Assembly (NCBI GenBank): GCA_003707115.1
Contig: PPNB01000012.1
Location: 186,001 to 225,752, forward strand
Length of the DNA stretch: 39,752 bases
Source of the DNA: Tortispora ganteri
Taxonomy: Eukaryota
Direction: 5' to 3'
Shown: one piece after another, positions 1 through 8,977 of the stretch
Layout of the letters: each line of letters opens with the position of its first letter
How positions within the stretch are numbered: position 1 is the stretch's first letter
The notes under the pieces: generated by a model
Database searches by the model: none
The model's input: the letters and a program-made list of their open reading frames with translations, nothing else
What the model was told of the DNA's origin: nothing
Program-made: the position numbers and the translations under genes

Positions 1-1
1 T

Positions 2-1393
2 CTTATTGCTATACTTTCGTCACTCAATTATACGTTCCAGAGTCATCCAATGAACTTAGTGTCCAAATGCTTAATATCAGAACACCTCAGCGTTAGAGTA
101 TTTACCACATGGTTTGTGGGGTCTGCCCTTGTTAAAGCCCGACGAGAATGGCAGTTGAGCTCAGTCAACAGCACAGCTATTGTTCTTCCTCTAAGAGATT
201 TTGAGAAGGCATTTTTGCGCTTGTTGATTCAACAGCTTTACGACATGTCAGATGAAGTAGTCGAAATTGCAGTTTCGGCACTGACTAAGCAATGTGAACA
301 TCGTGAAAGATTGGACTATATAGTATCTCTTCGTCCTGTGTTTTCTCATCTGGGGAAAGTTGGTGCTCCATTATTGGTGCAATTTGTTGGGTACTCTCCA
401 GGATACAATTACCTTAGTGAGCATGGACTAATTGAAGACAAATGTGACGAATGGTTCAATGAGGGCATTGAACAATTCTGCGATACGATCGAGTCGAATC
501 TCGCAGTGGCATTCAAAGTGCCCAGTTACGAGCAGAGAGTCCCTGGCACTATTTCGTACAAAGCTGAGACGAAATCAGTTTGGCCGCATAATTTCTTCCG
601 TGTCATGGTCAAAACTAGGGAAGGATGTGAGCTTCTTCGCAAGAAGAAATATTTCGATAAAGCAGTTGCTTATGTGCGAGCGAACCACGCTAAACTGAAT
701 AATAGTTCTGTTATCAGGAAAGTAAAAGCTTATATGTGGCTTATTGGTGCGGTGGGTTCTGTTGGAAAGTCATTTGTGCCACAAGAGACTGGAGAAGTTG
801 ATGATTTTGAATATGGATGGGGATTCATAACTGAGAAAGATGTGGTTCCTTTGGTGTACGATATATTTAAAAACTCCAAGCTGCTAACTTTACGAGGAAC
901 TGCCTTTTACGCACTTGGACTGTTTTCATGCTCTGAAGCAGGTAGAAGACACCTTGAAGAGAAGTACAATTGGATGAGCCCGTCAGGGAAAGTAGGTGAA
1001 CCTGGGCTTGCTCTGCCTATTGATGTTGTGCGAGAAGTACAGCTGAGCAGTTATGGGCATGAGATGGCTGAACAGATTGAATATGATGCGAAGGGTGTAG
1101 CTCTTGAAGACAACTCAGAGAGCTTAGAAGATTCGATAAAGCGGCTAGACCGCACAGGTAGAACTATTGTTTACGGATTGATTGATCTAGCGAATCATAT
1201 TCTTGCGAACACTGCCGCAAAGAGTCTTGCAACAATTCAGGCTAAAGACGGTAAATATTTCCGTGACCCACAGATATTCCAAATTGCGATGAGACTTCTT
1301 GGACTTTACAAATATCGTCTTTCCATTCGAAGGTTTATACTGGATTTGTTCAGGACGGAATACGTACTGGAGACGCTTACAGCCAAGATTTAA
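2..1393 (+). CDS. AVO3: TORC2 subunit Rictor/Avo3(Tsc11)/Ste16, C-terminal part (5'-truncated by window edge)
   Basis: Frame is open from base 2 (LIAILSSLNYTFQSHPMNLVSKCL), so the ATG at 50 is internal. Rictor-like segments: 'KVKAYMWLIGAVGS', 'LTLRGTAFYALGLFS', 'YKYRLSIRRFILDLF'. Confidence 0.85.
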   Translation, partial: LIAILSSLNYTFQSHPMNLVSKCLISEHLSVRVFTTWFVGSALVKARREWQLSSVNSTAIVLPLRDFEKAFLRLLIQQLYDMSDEVVEIAVSALTKQCEHRERLDYIVSLRPVFSHLGKVGAPLLVQFVGYSPGYNYLSEHGLIEDKCDEWFNEGIEQFCDTIESNLAVAFKVPSYEQRVPGTISYKAETKSVWPHNFFRVMVKTREGCELLRKKKYFDKAVAYVRANHAKLNNSSVIRKVKAYMWLIGAVGSVGKSFVPQETGEVDDFEYGWGFITEKDVVPLVYDIFKNSKLLTLRGTAFYALGLFSCSEAGRRHLEEKYNWMSPSGKVGEPGLALPIDVVREVQLSSYGHEMAEQIEYDAKGVALEDNSESLEDSIKRLDRTGRTIVYGLIDLANHILANTAAKSLATIQAKDGKYFRDPQIFQIAMRLLGLYKYRLSIRRFILDLFRTEYVLETLTAKI

Positions 1394-1422
1394 CAATAAC
1401 GAATTAATGACATTAGAACGGA

Positions 1423-2721
1423 TCATGAAGGAGTCGTATGGTGTAGTATTTTCTGTATCATTTTGTTGCCCACTGCAAGAGCATCTTCCTTTTGTGGCAC
1501 AAAGAATTGTGATACTTTTTCGAAACGATGCTTGTAAAGATCGAAAGAGCCAGCAGCGACGACGTCAGCCCAGCTACGGGCAGCTAGAGTAAATTCCAAG
1601 TCGTCATGACGAAAAGAGTCATCATTTACACCAGTATTAATGGCGTCATCAAGCAAAGACGTAGCAAAAACATATTCTGTAACGCCTATTAGTATGCGGA
1701 AAATAGGCGTAGAACAGATCATGTGGTCAAAGGGGTTAATACCGAGACGGTACCAGCAGTCTCCAACAGCTAAAAGTGAGAGATGTGAATTAGGAGTGCG
1801 TTCATCTTTCGGTACTGTTGACAAACTGTATTCGTCGAGCAAGTCATCTGAGAGCAAAAGTTTGTGAGACTGTGAGCGTTCTAGGCTGAAAAGGGTGTCA
1901 CGGACGTTATAGAGTCTGGATCTAAGGGTTTCCTTGTCGCCTTGAATGAACAGTGTGAACAACTCTGTTACAGAACGCGAGTATTGAAGAATTTGTTCGT
2001 GAGCGGCGGGGTTATAGATGGCTAGACCAGCATAAACGTGCCATTTGCTGGAGAAGATGCGTAGGGAGATGTTTATTTTGACGTTCTCAATGCCGCCAGC
2101 GTAGCGGCCAATCACCCAGGGGTACTGGTTATTAGCTAGCCATGCAGAGCCCATTGCGAGAAAAGCAGCATGTGTTGCGGCCTGAGTAGCAGCGGTTATG
2201 CGATCGTGCTCCGAGGCTGAAAGTACAGAGATGCGGCTGCCGAAGGTTGTAGCGCAGATCTCTGTGAGCTGTGCAGTTGAAGATTTATGATCAAATACTC
2301 TATAAGGAACGACTATGAGTGGTTGGCCCTGTGGATCGACTGATGCGCCGTGCATTGAATGGAGACATATGATTTCGCAATCATCTGGTGCGTATTTGGC
2401 AAGGGCCTCTACTTCAACGGATTTGCATGAAGATTGGCCGCCAATTATTGCCCCAGGTTTTGCAGAAGGTGCTATTTGAGATGTAGCAGACTCGATATTT
2501 TCGGCCTCGACCGAGAAAAGGAGTAGATCAGCGAGACGTGCGACCTGAACGCCAGTTTTGAGGATTCTAATTGATTCGCAGTTCTTGTACTCTGTACACA
2601 ACTCATTGTAGCGTGCCGCTATATCGGAGGCATATACAATATAGCCTGCTTGTGCAAAACAGCGCGCATACAACTTGCCCATGTCGCCCATACCGACAAT
2701 CCCAATAGTTAAGGTTGTCAT
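1423..2721 (-). CDS. TYR1: Prephenate dehydrogenase (NADP+)
   Basis: Rossmann 'IGIVGMGDMGKLYA', 'HSMHG', 'EHDRITAATQAATHAAFLAMG', 'ENVKINISLRIFSSKWHVYAGLAI', 'HMICSTPIFR' typical of fungal Tyr1. Confidence 0.95.
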   Translation of the reverse strand: MTTLTIGIVGMGDMGKLYARCFAQAGYIVYASDIAARYNELCTEYKNCESIRILKTGVQVARLADLLLFSVEAENIESATSQIAPSAKPGAIIGGQSSCKSVEVEALAKYAPDDCEIICLHSMHGASVDPQGQPLIVVPYRVFDHKSSTAQLTEICATTFGSRISVLSASEHDRITAATQAATHAAFLAMGSAWLANNQYPWVIGRYAGGIENVKINISLRIFSSKWHVYAGLAIYNPAAHEQILQYSRSVTELFTLFIQGDKETLRSRLYNVRDTLFSLERSQSHKLLLSDDLLDEYSLSTVPKDERTPNSHLSLLAVGDCWYRLGINPFDHMICSTPIFRILIGVTEYVFATSLLDDAINTGVNDDSFRHDDLEFTLAARSWADVVAAGSFDLYKHRFEKVSQFFVPQKEDALAVGNKMIQKILHHTTPS

Positions 2722-2872
2722 TTGTGCGTCTAATGTGGTAATAGCGGTAATCAGGACCGGCGCGTAGAGTCACTGGTGGAAGTCAGGTTACAAGGCAGGG
2801 TCAAGGGTAAATATTTGACGGTGGCCATCGGGCGAGGAACGATGGTGGATCGTGTGTAGGGGTAGCTGGTAA

Positions 2873-2879
2873 TGAGTCA
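2873..2879. promoter_or_regulatory. Gcn4/CpcA site (TGAGTCA) upstream of TYR1
   Basis: Perfect TGA(C/G)TCA about 150 bp upstream of an amino-acid biosynthetic gene. Confidence 0.6.
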
Positions 2880-3459
2880 AAAATGGCGTTAAGAAATAGA
2901 CAAATAACCAAAACGGAAGAATGGAAAATGATACGAGAACGTTTTACTGTATTTTTAAATGAAGGTTGGTTTAGTGTCAGGATGCCCTACGGTTAGCCAT
3001 CGGGGGGTGGGCTCGCGGCGGCAGTAAAGTTTAGAGATTAAGTTTAGGGAGCAGAGAGGAATGCATTAAAGTAGAGATAAAAGAAGTATGCGTAGTAAAA
3101 GGCATAAAAGGGATACACATAATGAAATAAAATAAATCATGCCACCTGGACTGCCAATTTTTGATTAATTGATAGAGTTAACGGACGCCGTCAGGGGATA
3201 TCGTGTACAGTAGACTAAAATGCCGATATGGTGATTAGCTGTTTAGGCTTTTTGCCAGCCGCAACGCAGAGGGACGCCCATCATCGATGTGATACTTCAG
3301 GTGCAATGACGATGCTAGTGACGCAGAACATTTAGAATAGAAAGAATAGGACAGTGATGTCATTCTAGCTGTCCAAGATAGGAAAGTCTAAGAGACGCGC
3401 AGACAGTCGAGATAGTACGAAGGCTTTGAGGAGGGTGAAAATAGAGTTTGGTACCTATC

Positions 3460-4307
3460 TCGGGCAAGTCCGATCGGTAGGTCAGAGGGCAAAACTGACG
3501 GGTGGGAGGCTAGTAGATAGGAACAGATATCAAATACAGCGCACGGAAGGAGAGATACGTAAATTGATAAAATGACTCTTTTATTGGCTTCTGGTGATGC
3601 CGAAAAAAGGTTGGATACGGCAAGAGGTGAGTCGAAAGGTGAAACTGAACTCGATTCACCGTGGTGACCCGCAGACAACCGAGCTTCACGTTTTTCAGAT
3701 CAATAGGAATGTCATAAGAATGATATGACGCCTGATAAGAGCTGTCAATTTTGATAAATGTATGGAAATCAAAATGAGGTGGCCTGACAAATGAAACTGA
3801 TTAGTTGCGTTCTAAAAGGACATAATAGTAAGGTTTCTATAAGGGTCTGATTGGTTGAAGAAAGTATAATAGAGTTAACGTTTCGGTGATGTCCGTGGCC
3901 TGGAGAATGCTTCGAAAAGCAAGCGGTTGCGACCGTCTTCAAGCATTGATAGCCCGATTACGCGTCGCTTAGCTGTAGCGAATTCGAGATATACAGCACA
4001 TTGACCTAGCATGACCGCTAAAAGTGAATAAATTAGATCACATTTTGCTGTATAGCACTTACGGAGAAGGCCGATAAAGCTACATCAAAAACCGATCTGC
4101 ATCGACGCAGGGAACTGGTTTTTGCAGTCAGTTTTGCAGCGTACCTAAGGCTCTTGGGCAGAATATGCAGAAGTTTATTTAAAACCGCTGACCAATTAAC
4201 AATGCAGTTTTCTATGCTATTGTGCCGGAATGAAAGGCAGAATACTTAAATTAAAGTTCACAATTACTTATTCGGGAAGTTGCGGTGACGTCCGACCCAC
4301 TGATAAG
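3460..4307. promoter_or_regulatory. Uricase upstream region: four CGG-N6-CCG Zn2Cys6 (UaY/Ppr1-type) sites and GATA sites
   Basis: TCGGgcaagtCCGA 3460-3473; TCGGtgatgtCCG 3883-3895; CGGagaaggCCGA 4062-4074; CGGtgacgtCCGA 4283-4295; GATAAG 3734-3739 and 4302-4307; GATAA 3566, 3753, 4073. Confidence 0.7.
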
Positions 4308-4353
4308 GCGTGGACCGAAACACGCCAGTACAAAGCGCTGCCCAATATACATA

Positions 4354-4361
4354 TATATAAA
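4354..4361 (+). promoter_or_regulatory. TATA box (TATATAAA) of uricase
   Basis: Consensus TATA about 90 bp upstream of ATG 4451. Confidence 0.6.
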
Positions 4362-4450
4362 GGGTGCAGATATTTCAAGGAACCCTCTTCTTCATAAACT
4401 GGTCTGTTCATACATTCAGCAAGACACTATTTGCATTTTCTACCCGCGTT

Positions 4451-5494
4451 ATGACCAGATACACAGATTCAAAAGTACACAAGGTTGAGGCTAACCAAGC
4501 CACTGCCCCTTTCGCTGCTCCAGAAGCCAACACCTCAATTGTTGATTCAGCTAATGTCAGCGCTGAAGGTCAGCTTTCGTGGGCGCGTTACGGCAAGGAC
4601 AATGTCCGCGTCCTAAAGGTCGCACGTGACCCCACTGACAGAGAGACTCAGCACGTTACTGAGTACGTCGTTCGCTGTCTGCTAGAAGGCGACGTTGACC
4701 GCTCTTATACGCATGCTGACAATTCTCCCGTTGTGGCAACCGATACCATCAAGAACACTGTCTTTATAAAGGCCAAGGAGAACGCTATTGAGCCTGCTGA
4801 GCTCTTTGGCGCTGAACTGGGTTCCCATTTCGTCAATACCTACAAGCACATTCACTCTGCGCATGTAGACATCTCCTTGGTCACATGGACGCGCATGTCT
4901 GTTGCCGGAAAACCGCATAAACATTCGTTTGTTGCTAACAAGAACGAACGCAACTTCGTTCATGTTGACGTTTTTGAAGGTGCCAACGGACAGGCTGGAC
5001 CTGTTTCTGTTACTTCTCAGCTTAAGGACCTCACTGTGCTCAAGTCTACCGGCTCAATGTTTTATGGCTTTCACCGCGATGAGTACACTACCCTCAAGGA
5101 TACCAATGACCGCATTTTGTCTACCGACATCGACGCATCGTGGCGCTTCAACCAATTTGAGAACGCTGCTGCTGTCGCTGCCGCAGCCAAGGATAACGTT
5201 TTCAAGAACGCCTACGAGGTACTTAGAGTTAACACCCTTGAGATCTTTGCTACCGACAACTCTCCTTCGGTTCAAGCTACTATGTACGACATCGCTCGCA
5301 AGACCATTGCAGAAGTTCCAAGCATTGACAACATCACCATCTCTCTGCCTAACAAGCATTACGTCGAGCTCCCTCTAGAGTGGTACAAGGGCACTCAAAA
5401 TACCGGCAAGAACGCTGAAGTCTATGTACCTACTTCTGACCCTAACGGTCTCATTAAGTGTACTGTTTCTCGTCACGCACGTGCTAAATTATAG
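4451..5494 (+). CDS. uaZ: Urate oxidase (uricase), peroxisomal
   Basis: 'ARYGKDNVRVLKV', 'ADNSPVVATDTIKNT', 'VLKSTGSMFYGFHRDEYTTL', 'SPSVQATMY', 'LPNKHY', 'DPNGLI'; C-terminal PTS1 -AKL. First ATG is 4451 (the track start 4364 is a GTG just after the TATA box). Confidence 0.97.
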   Translation: MTRYTDSKVHKVEANQATAPFAAPEANTSIVDSANVSAEGQLSWARYGKDNVRVLKVARDPTDRETQHVTEYVVRCLLEGDVDRSYTHADNSPVVATDTIKNTVFIKAKENAIEPAELFGAELGSHFVNTYKHIHSAHVDISLVTWTRMSVAGKPHKHSFVANKNERNFVHVDVFEGANGQAGPVSVTSQLKDLTVLKSTGSMFYGFHRDEYTTLKDTNDRILSTDIDASWRFNQFENAAAVAAAAKDNVFKNAYEVLRVNTLEIFATDNSPSVQATMYDIARKTIAEVPSIDNITISLPNKHYVELPLEWYKGTQNTGKNAEVYVPTSDPNGLIKCTVSRHARAKL

Positions 5495-5711
5495 CTTCTT
5501 TTTCTACGTATATGAATGGTTGGTTATAATATTGTTGTAGATAGATTAGTTTGAACAGGCGGCACAACAAGCTGTATTTTGCAAATATAGTGTAGTGAAT
5601 TCGACAATTTATAGTCTAAAATGACCGTCACAGATTAGTTGTTGCTGTATCCAAAATCGTACCGAGGCCATACTAATCATAATAATATCTATATACACTG
5701 ATGAGAATGAA

Positions 5712-6158
5712 TTATACCCGCGTATCGTAAACTTTCGTGGCATTAGCCTCATACGGATGCTCATCTCCCTCAAACGTTTTCAGCCGATCTAGCCGTATCT
5801 TCCTTAGCCGGTTCTTAGGTAACATTCCTTTCACCGCTAGACGCATTAGTTCACCACCTCCCTTTTCCGCTTTTAACTCTTCCATAGTCCGCGTCACAAG
5901 ACTGCCCGGACGCGTCGTATGTCTATAGTATAGGTCTGTCTTCATTTTATTTCCAGACGTCTTTACCCAGTTGCAGTTCTTTACAACCACGTAGTCACCG
6001 CAATCCGCGCCCGGGTCGTAGATCGGTTTGTGCTTTCCCATGAGAACGTTAGCTATCTCTGACGCTACACGTCCGAGCGTCCGTGGGTCCGACTTCAGGT
6101 CAACAACATGCCATAAACGTGAATACGCTAGCCCTGTGCGTCCAAGAAACTGTGACAT
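5712..6158 (-). CDS. MRPL23: Mitochondrial ribosomal protein uL13m
   Basis: 'WHVVD...LGRVASEIANVLMGKHKPIYDPGADCGDYVVV', 'AVKGMLPKNRLR', 'EHPY'. Confidence 0.95.
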   Translation of the reverse strand: MSQFLGRTGLAYSRLWHVVDLKSDPRTLGRVASEIANVLMGKHKPIYDPGADCGDYVVVKNCNWVKTSGNKMKTDLYYRHTTRPGSLVTRTMEELKAEKGGGELMRLAVKGMLPKNRLRKIRLDRLKTFEGDEHPYEANATKVYDTRV

Positions 6159-6254
6159 CTTGCCTTGTATAAGTTCTCTTCAGAACAAATATGTTTGAAT
6201 CGTAGCAGGTCGAATCTAAGGTGACCCAGAGTTTTTTATTTGACCTTTACTGTC

Positions 6255-6268
6255 GTTGCCATGACAAC
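6255..6268. promoter_or_regulatory. RFX X-box (GTTGCCATGACAAC) in MRPL23/RSC9 divergent promoter
   Basis: 13/14 match to the palindromic X-box GTTGCCATGGCAAC. Confidence 0.6.
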
Positions 6269-6295
6269 ACATCCAATTACCTGCTGGTTTTTCTT

Positions 6296-6306
6296 CCCCC
6301 CCCCCC
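6296..6306 (+). repeat. Poly(C)11 tract upstream of RSC9
   Basis: Directly visible homopolymer. Confidence 0.9.
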
Positions 6307-6457
6307 TGCCGCAAGCAGAACACCTCTTTGACCCACCTACTTACCTTTGACGCTTAAGTAACCTTTATTTTTACTTTTACAAAAAGCGCGGTAAATACTC
6401 GCACAAAGGTCAATATTACCTACATTTGCGCTTCGCTTTTTCTGTTGCAATTTTACA

Positions 6458-8977
6458 ATGCCCGCCAAAAGCGCTGAATCTGACGATATATCGGTGATTG
6501 AACACACTGAAGAATATGATCAGTTTATTAGGGCGCTCGAGGAGTACCACCATCAGCGACACACATACTTCACCGCAGAACCCGAATTGAACAAAATCAA
6601 AATCAATCTTTTGAATCTTTACAAAAAAGTTATGCGCGAAGGCGGATACGATGTTATCTCAGAAACTAAAGGCGGATGGCGCGATTTCGTCACTGCTAAC
6701 AACCTACAAGGTAGTAACGCGAACACCTCAGGGTACTTGCTAAAAACGATTTATTACAAGAACCTCGCTGCATACGAAATTAAATTTCACTGGAACAAAG
6801 AACCTCCGTCTAAGGAGCTTCTCGAGGATCGAACTGCCGCAGGCGGCGCTATCATGACAAGATCTGAAGCCGAACTCAGAGCGAAAATTGAACCTGAACC
6901 GCGCATGGCTATTGCCAGCTCTCCTCCAGGCATATCCACTCGCTCTCTTCGACAGCAGCCTGTACAGCGCAAATTTTTTCAACCTGATACTGCTCCAGGG
7001 CGATCAACGCGTAACTCTAGCGTCGGCTTGTCACCTGGCCCGCGACAATCAGGTATGAATGGCACTCGTTCAGATTCGCCTAGCATAGGCGATAACTTAT
7101 CAGGTTCGTTTGGACCTTTTGCTAAAAATATCAACGGGCCTGTACCGTTCCCTGTAATTACACCTGCAACTAATCCTAGTGCTGTCCGACAAAGCGGGCC
7201 TCCTCAGTTCACATCTAATGCGATTTCCACAGCCGCAAATCTCGTAACTGGAGGTATAATTGTTCAAAATCAGCCTCAAGATGCAAAAATAACAATCCCG
7301 AAAATAGGTGCTGGGGCTCTTGGTTCTGATGTAATGACTAGAGTAGTCCTTTGCCTGCGAAGTGGAATCCATTCCGAAGAGGTATGGGCTACTAGAGCCT
7401 TAATTCGAATGTCTTTTGAAGCTGCTGATAATTTGCAGTTCAAAGCATTCCAAGCGTTGCCAATTGCTCTGTTGGAAGCCATTTCTCGATCACCTTTTAT
7501 TACTAATCCTGAATACCTGCGCCATGATGCCACAACTGATCTCAAATTGCGTCAGGAAAAACTGAATGTATTTACAGAAGCTGTTTTAACAATTCGCAAC
7601 TGTACTTTGAACCCTGATAATGCGTCATTCTTGGCAAATATTCCAATGACGCGGAAATTGCTTCTTACAGTGTATTCGTTTCCGGATACTGAGGAGCTGC
7701 GTGAAGCTACGCACTACTGTTACGATATCATGGAAGCTGTATCCTTTTACCTAAACCTGAAAGGTCCCACTGATGAGATACTTTTTGCTGTGCGAGACTC
7801 TATTTCTTTTCATTCCAGAACATTGCTAATGTCAGGCTTACGGTCATTGTCGAGGATGGTTATTCGAGACCATTCTAATGTAATTAGGAAAGTTGTTGGA
7901 CCTGCATTTATTACTCAGGTCTGTCGTATTCTTCTTCTAGACGACGATGAAGAGCTTCTAGCAGCCTGTCTTGACTTTTTATTCCAGTATTTCCATTACC
8001 CATCGAATGTGGACGAAATGCTGGACGTGCCGGATGCTATAGAGTTGGTACGTGTCATATCCAGGCTATTATTTTTCCATTCTAATGATCAGGTAAAGGT
8101 GCTATACCCACCGCGGGCTACGCGAGTGAATCAATTTGCTGGAGTAGTTGAACCAGCTGCACCATCCGATGAGCCCGATTTTTCGTTTGAGATGCCTCAA
8201 GATTTAACTGATGCGTTAGCAGAATTAAAGGAGCCGGAGAGAGCGACGAGATGGCTGCAGTCATGCTACGAAGTTGCACCAGGATTTGATATTCCTCAAA
8301 TTAATCTGTGGAAAGCTTACGAAAAGCAATTTGAGCCTCTGACGAAAGACGATCCCGAGACCAGATTGCTACCTGCGGCTGATTTTATAAGGAACATTAC
8401 ACAGGCGTTTGAGGGGCAAGCTACGGCGATGGTTGTTCCTGGTCCTGGTAATGTGCAAAGGTTTATTATTCGTGGTATCAGGCCGCGTTTGTCGCCTTTG
8501 AGTGCGGAAGGTACACCCTATATCATATGTCGATGGCCTGGATGCGGCAACCTTTTTGAAGGTGGCAAGGGGCTTGCTAATCATGTTGGAGAAGTTCATT
8601 TTAAGGATGAGGGGTGCCGCGTATGTAAATGGGACAGCAAATGCAGACGGTTTACGGAAGATAATCCTGCTCCGGATCGCGTAACGCTGCTTCTGCACTT
8701 ACGTACACATTTAGGCGAGATCAAGAAATCTACGCGTGAAGGGCCCTTTGAGTTTCCACTTGTAATGAAGACACGAGTGACGGCGGTAGATGAGCAAGGT
8801 GAAGCTGCGGGTGTTCCGTTGAGTGCTGTGCTTGTACTGCGAAATCTTGCACGGACAAGCAAAGGCAAAGAGGCTATGCGAACGGCGCGCGACACATTGT
8901 ATGAGGTTGCAGCACTGAACTATGCACTAGCAGAGTATGCGCTAGATGTGCTGAACCTGGTAGAGTCCGAAATGTGA
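6458..8977 (+). CDS. RSC9: RSC chromatin remodeling complex subunit Rsc9 (ARID, ARM-like, RFX-type winged helix, C2H2 fingers)
   Basis: N-terminal ARID ('NLLNLYKKVMREGGYDVIS...LKTIYYKNLAAYEI'), 'LCLRSGIHSEEVWA', 'EPERATRWLQSCYE...QINLWKAY...LPAADFIRNI...RFIIRGIRPR', two C2H2-like motifs, 'AAGVPLSAVLVLRNLAR'. Confidence 0.9.
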   Translation: MPAKSAESDDISVIEHTEEYDQFIRALEEYHHQRHTYFTAEPELNKIKINLLNLYKKVMREGGYDVISETKGGWRDFVTANNLQGSNANTSGYLLKTIYYKNLAAYEIKFHWNKEPPSKELLEDRTAAGGAIMTRSEAELRAKIEPEPRMAIASSPPGISTRSLRQQPVQRKFFQPDTAPGRSTRNSSVGLSPGPRQSGMNGTRSDSPSIGDNLSGSFGPFAKNINGPVPFPVITPATNPSAVRQSGPPQFTSNAISTAANLVTGGIIVQNQPQDAKITIPKIGAGALGSDVMTRVVLCLRSGIHSEEVWATRALIRMSFEAADNLQFKAFQALPIALLEAISRSPFITNPEYLRHDATTDLKLRQEKLNVFTEAVLTIRNCTLNPDNASFLANIPMTRKLLLTVYSFPDTEELREATHYCYDIMEAVSFYLNLKGPTDEILFAVRDSISFHSRTLLMSGLRSLSRMVIRDHSNVIRKVVGPAFITQVCRILLLDDDEELLAACLDFLFQYFHYPSNVDEMLDVPDAIELVRVISRLLFFHSNDQVKVLYPPRATRVNQFAGVVEPAAPSDEPDFSFEMPQDLTDALAELKEPERATRWLQSCYEVAPGFDIPQINLWKAYEKQFEPLTKDDPETRLLPAADFIRNITQAFEGQATAMVVPGPGNVQRFIIRGIRPRLSPLSAEGTPYIICRWPGCGNLFEGGKGLANHVGEVHFKDEGCRVCKWDSKCRRFTEDNPAPDRVTLLLHLRTHLGEIKKSTREGPFEFPLVMKTRVTAVDEQGEAAGVPLSAVLVLRNLARTSKGKEAMRTARDTLYEVAALNYALAEYALDVLNLVESEM

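Noticed and set aside
1382..1393. Rictor ends in -AKI, a PTS1-like tripeptide
   Set aside because: TORC2 scaffold with no peroxisomal rationale; likely chance.
3388..3678. 96-aa minus-strand ORF in the TYR1-uricase spacer
   Set aside because: Non-ATG start, no recognisable motif, overlaps a regulatory site.
3180..3700. Possible ncRNA (GGAAAGTC resembling RNase P/MRP CR-I; small hairpins; C/D-like boxes)
   Set aside because: No matching CR-V pairing or recognisable rRNA guide found; an Infernal/Rfam scan would settle it.
2987..4062. About 1.07-kb minus-strand intron from GTAAGT (4062) to TAG (2987)
   Set aside because: Implausibly long for this compact genome and would span the uricase regulatory sites.
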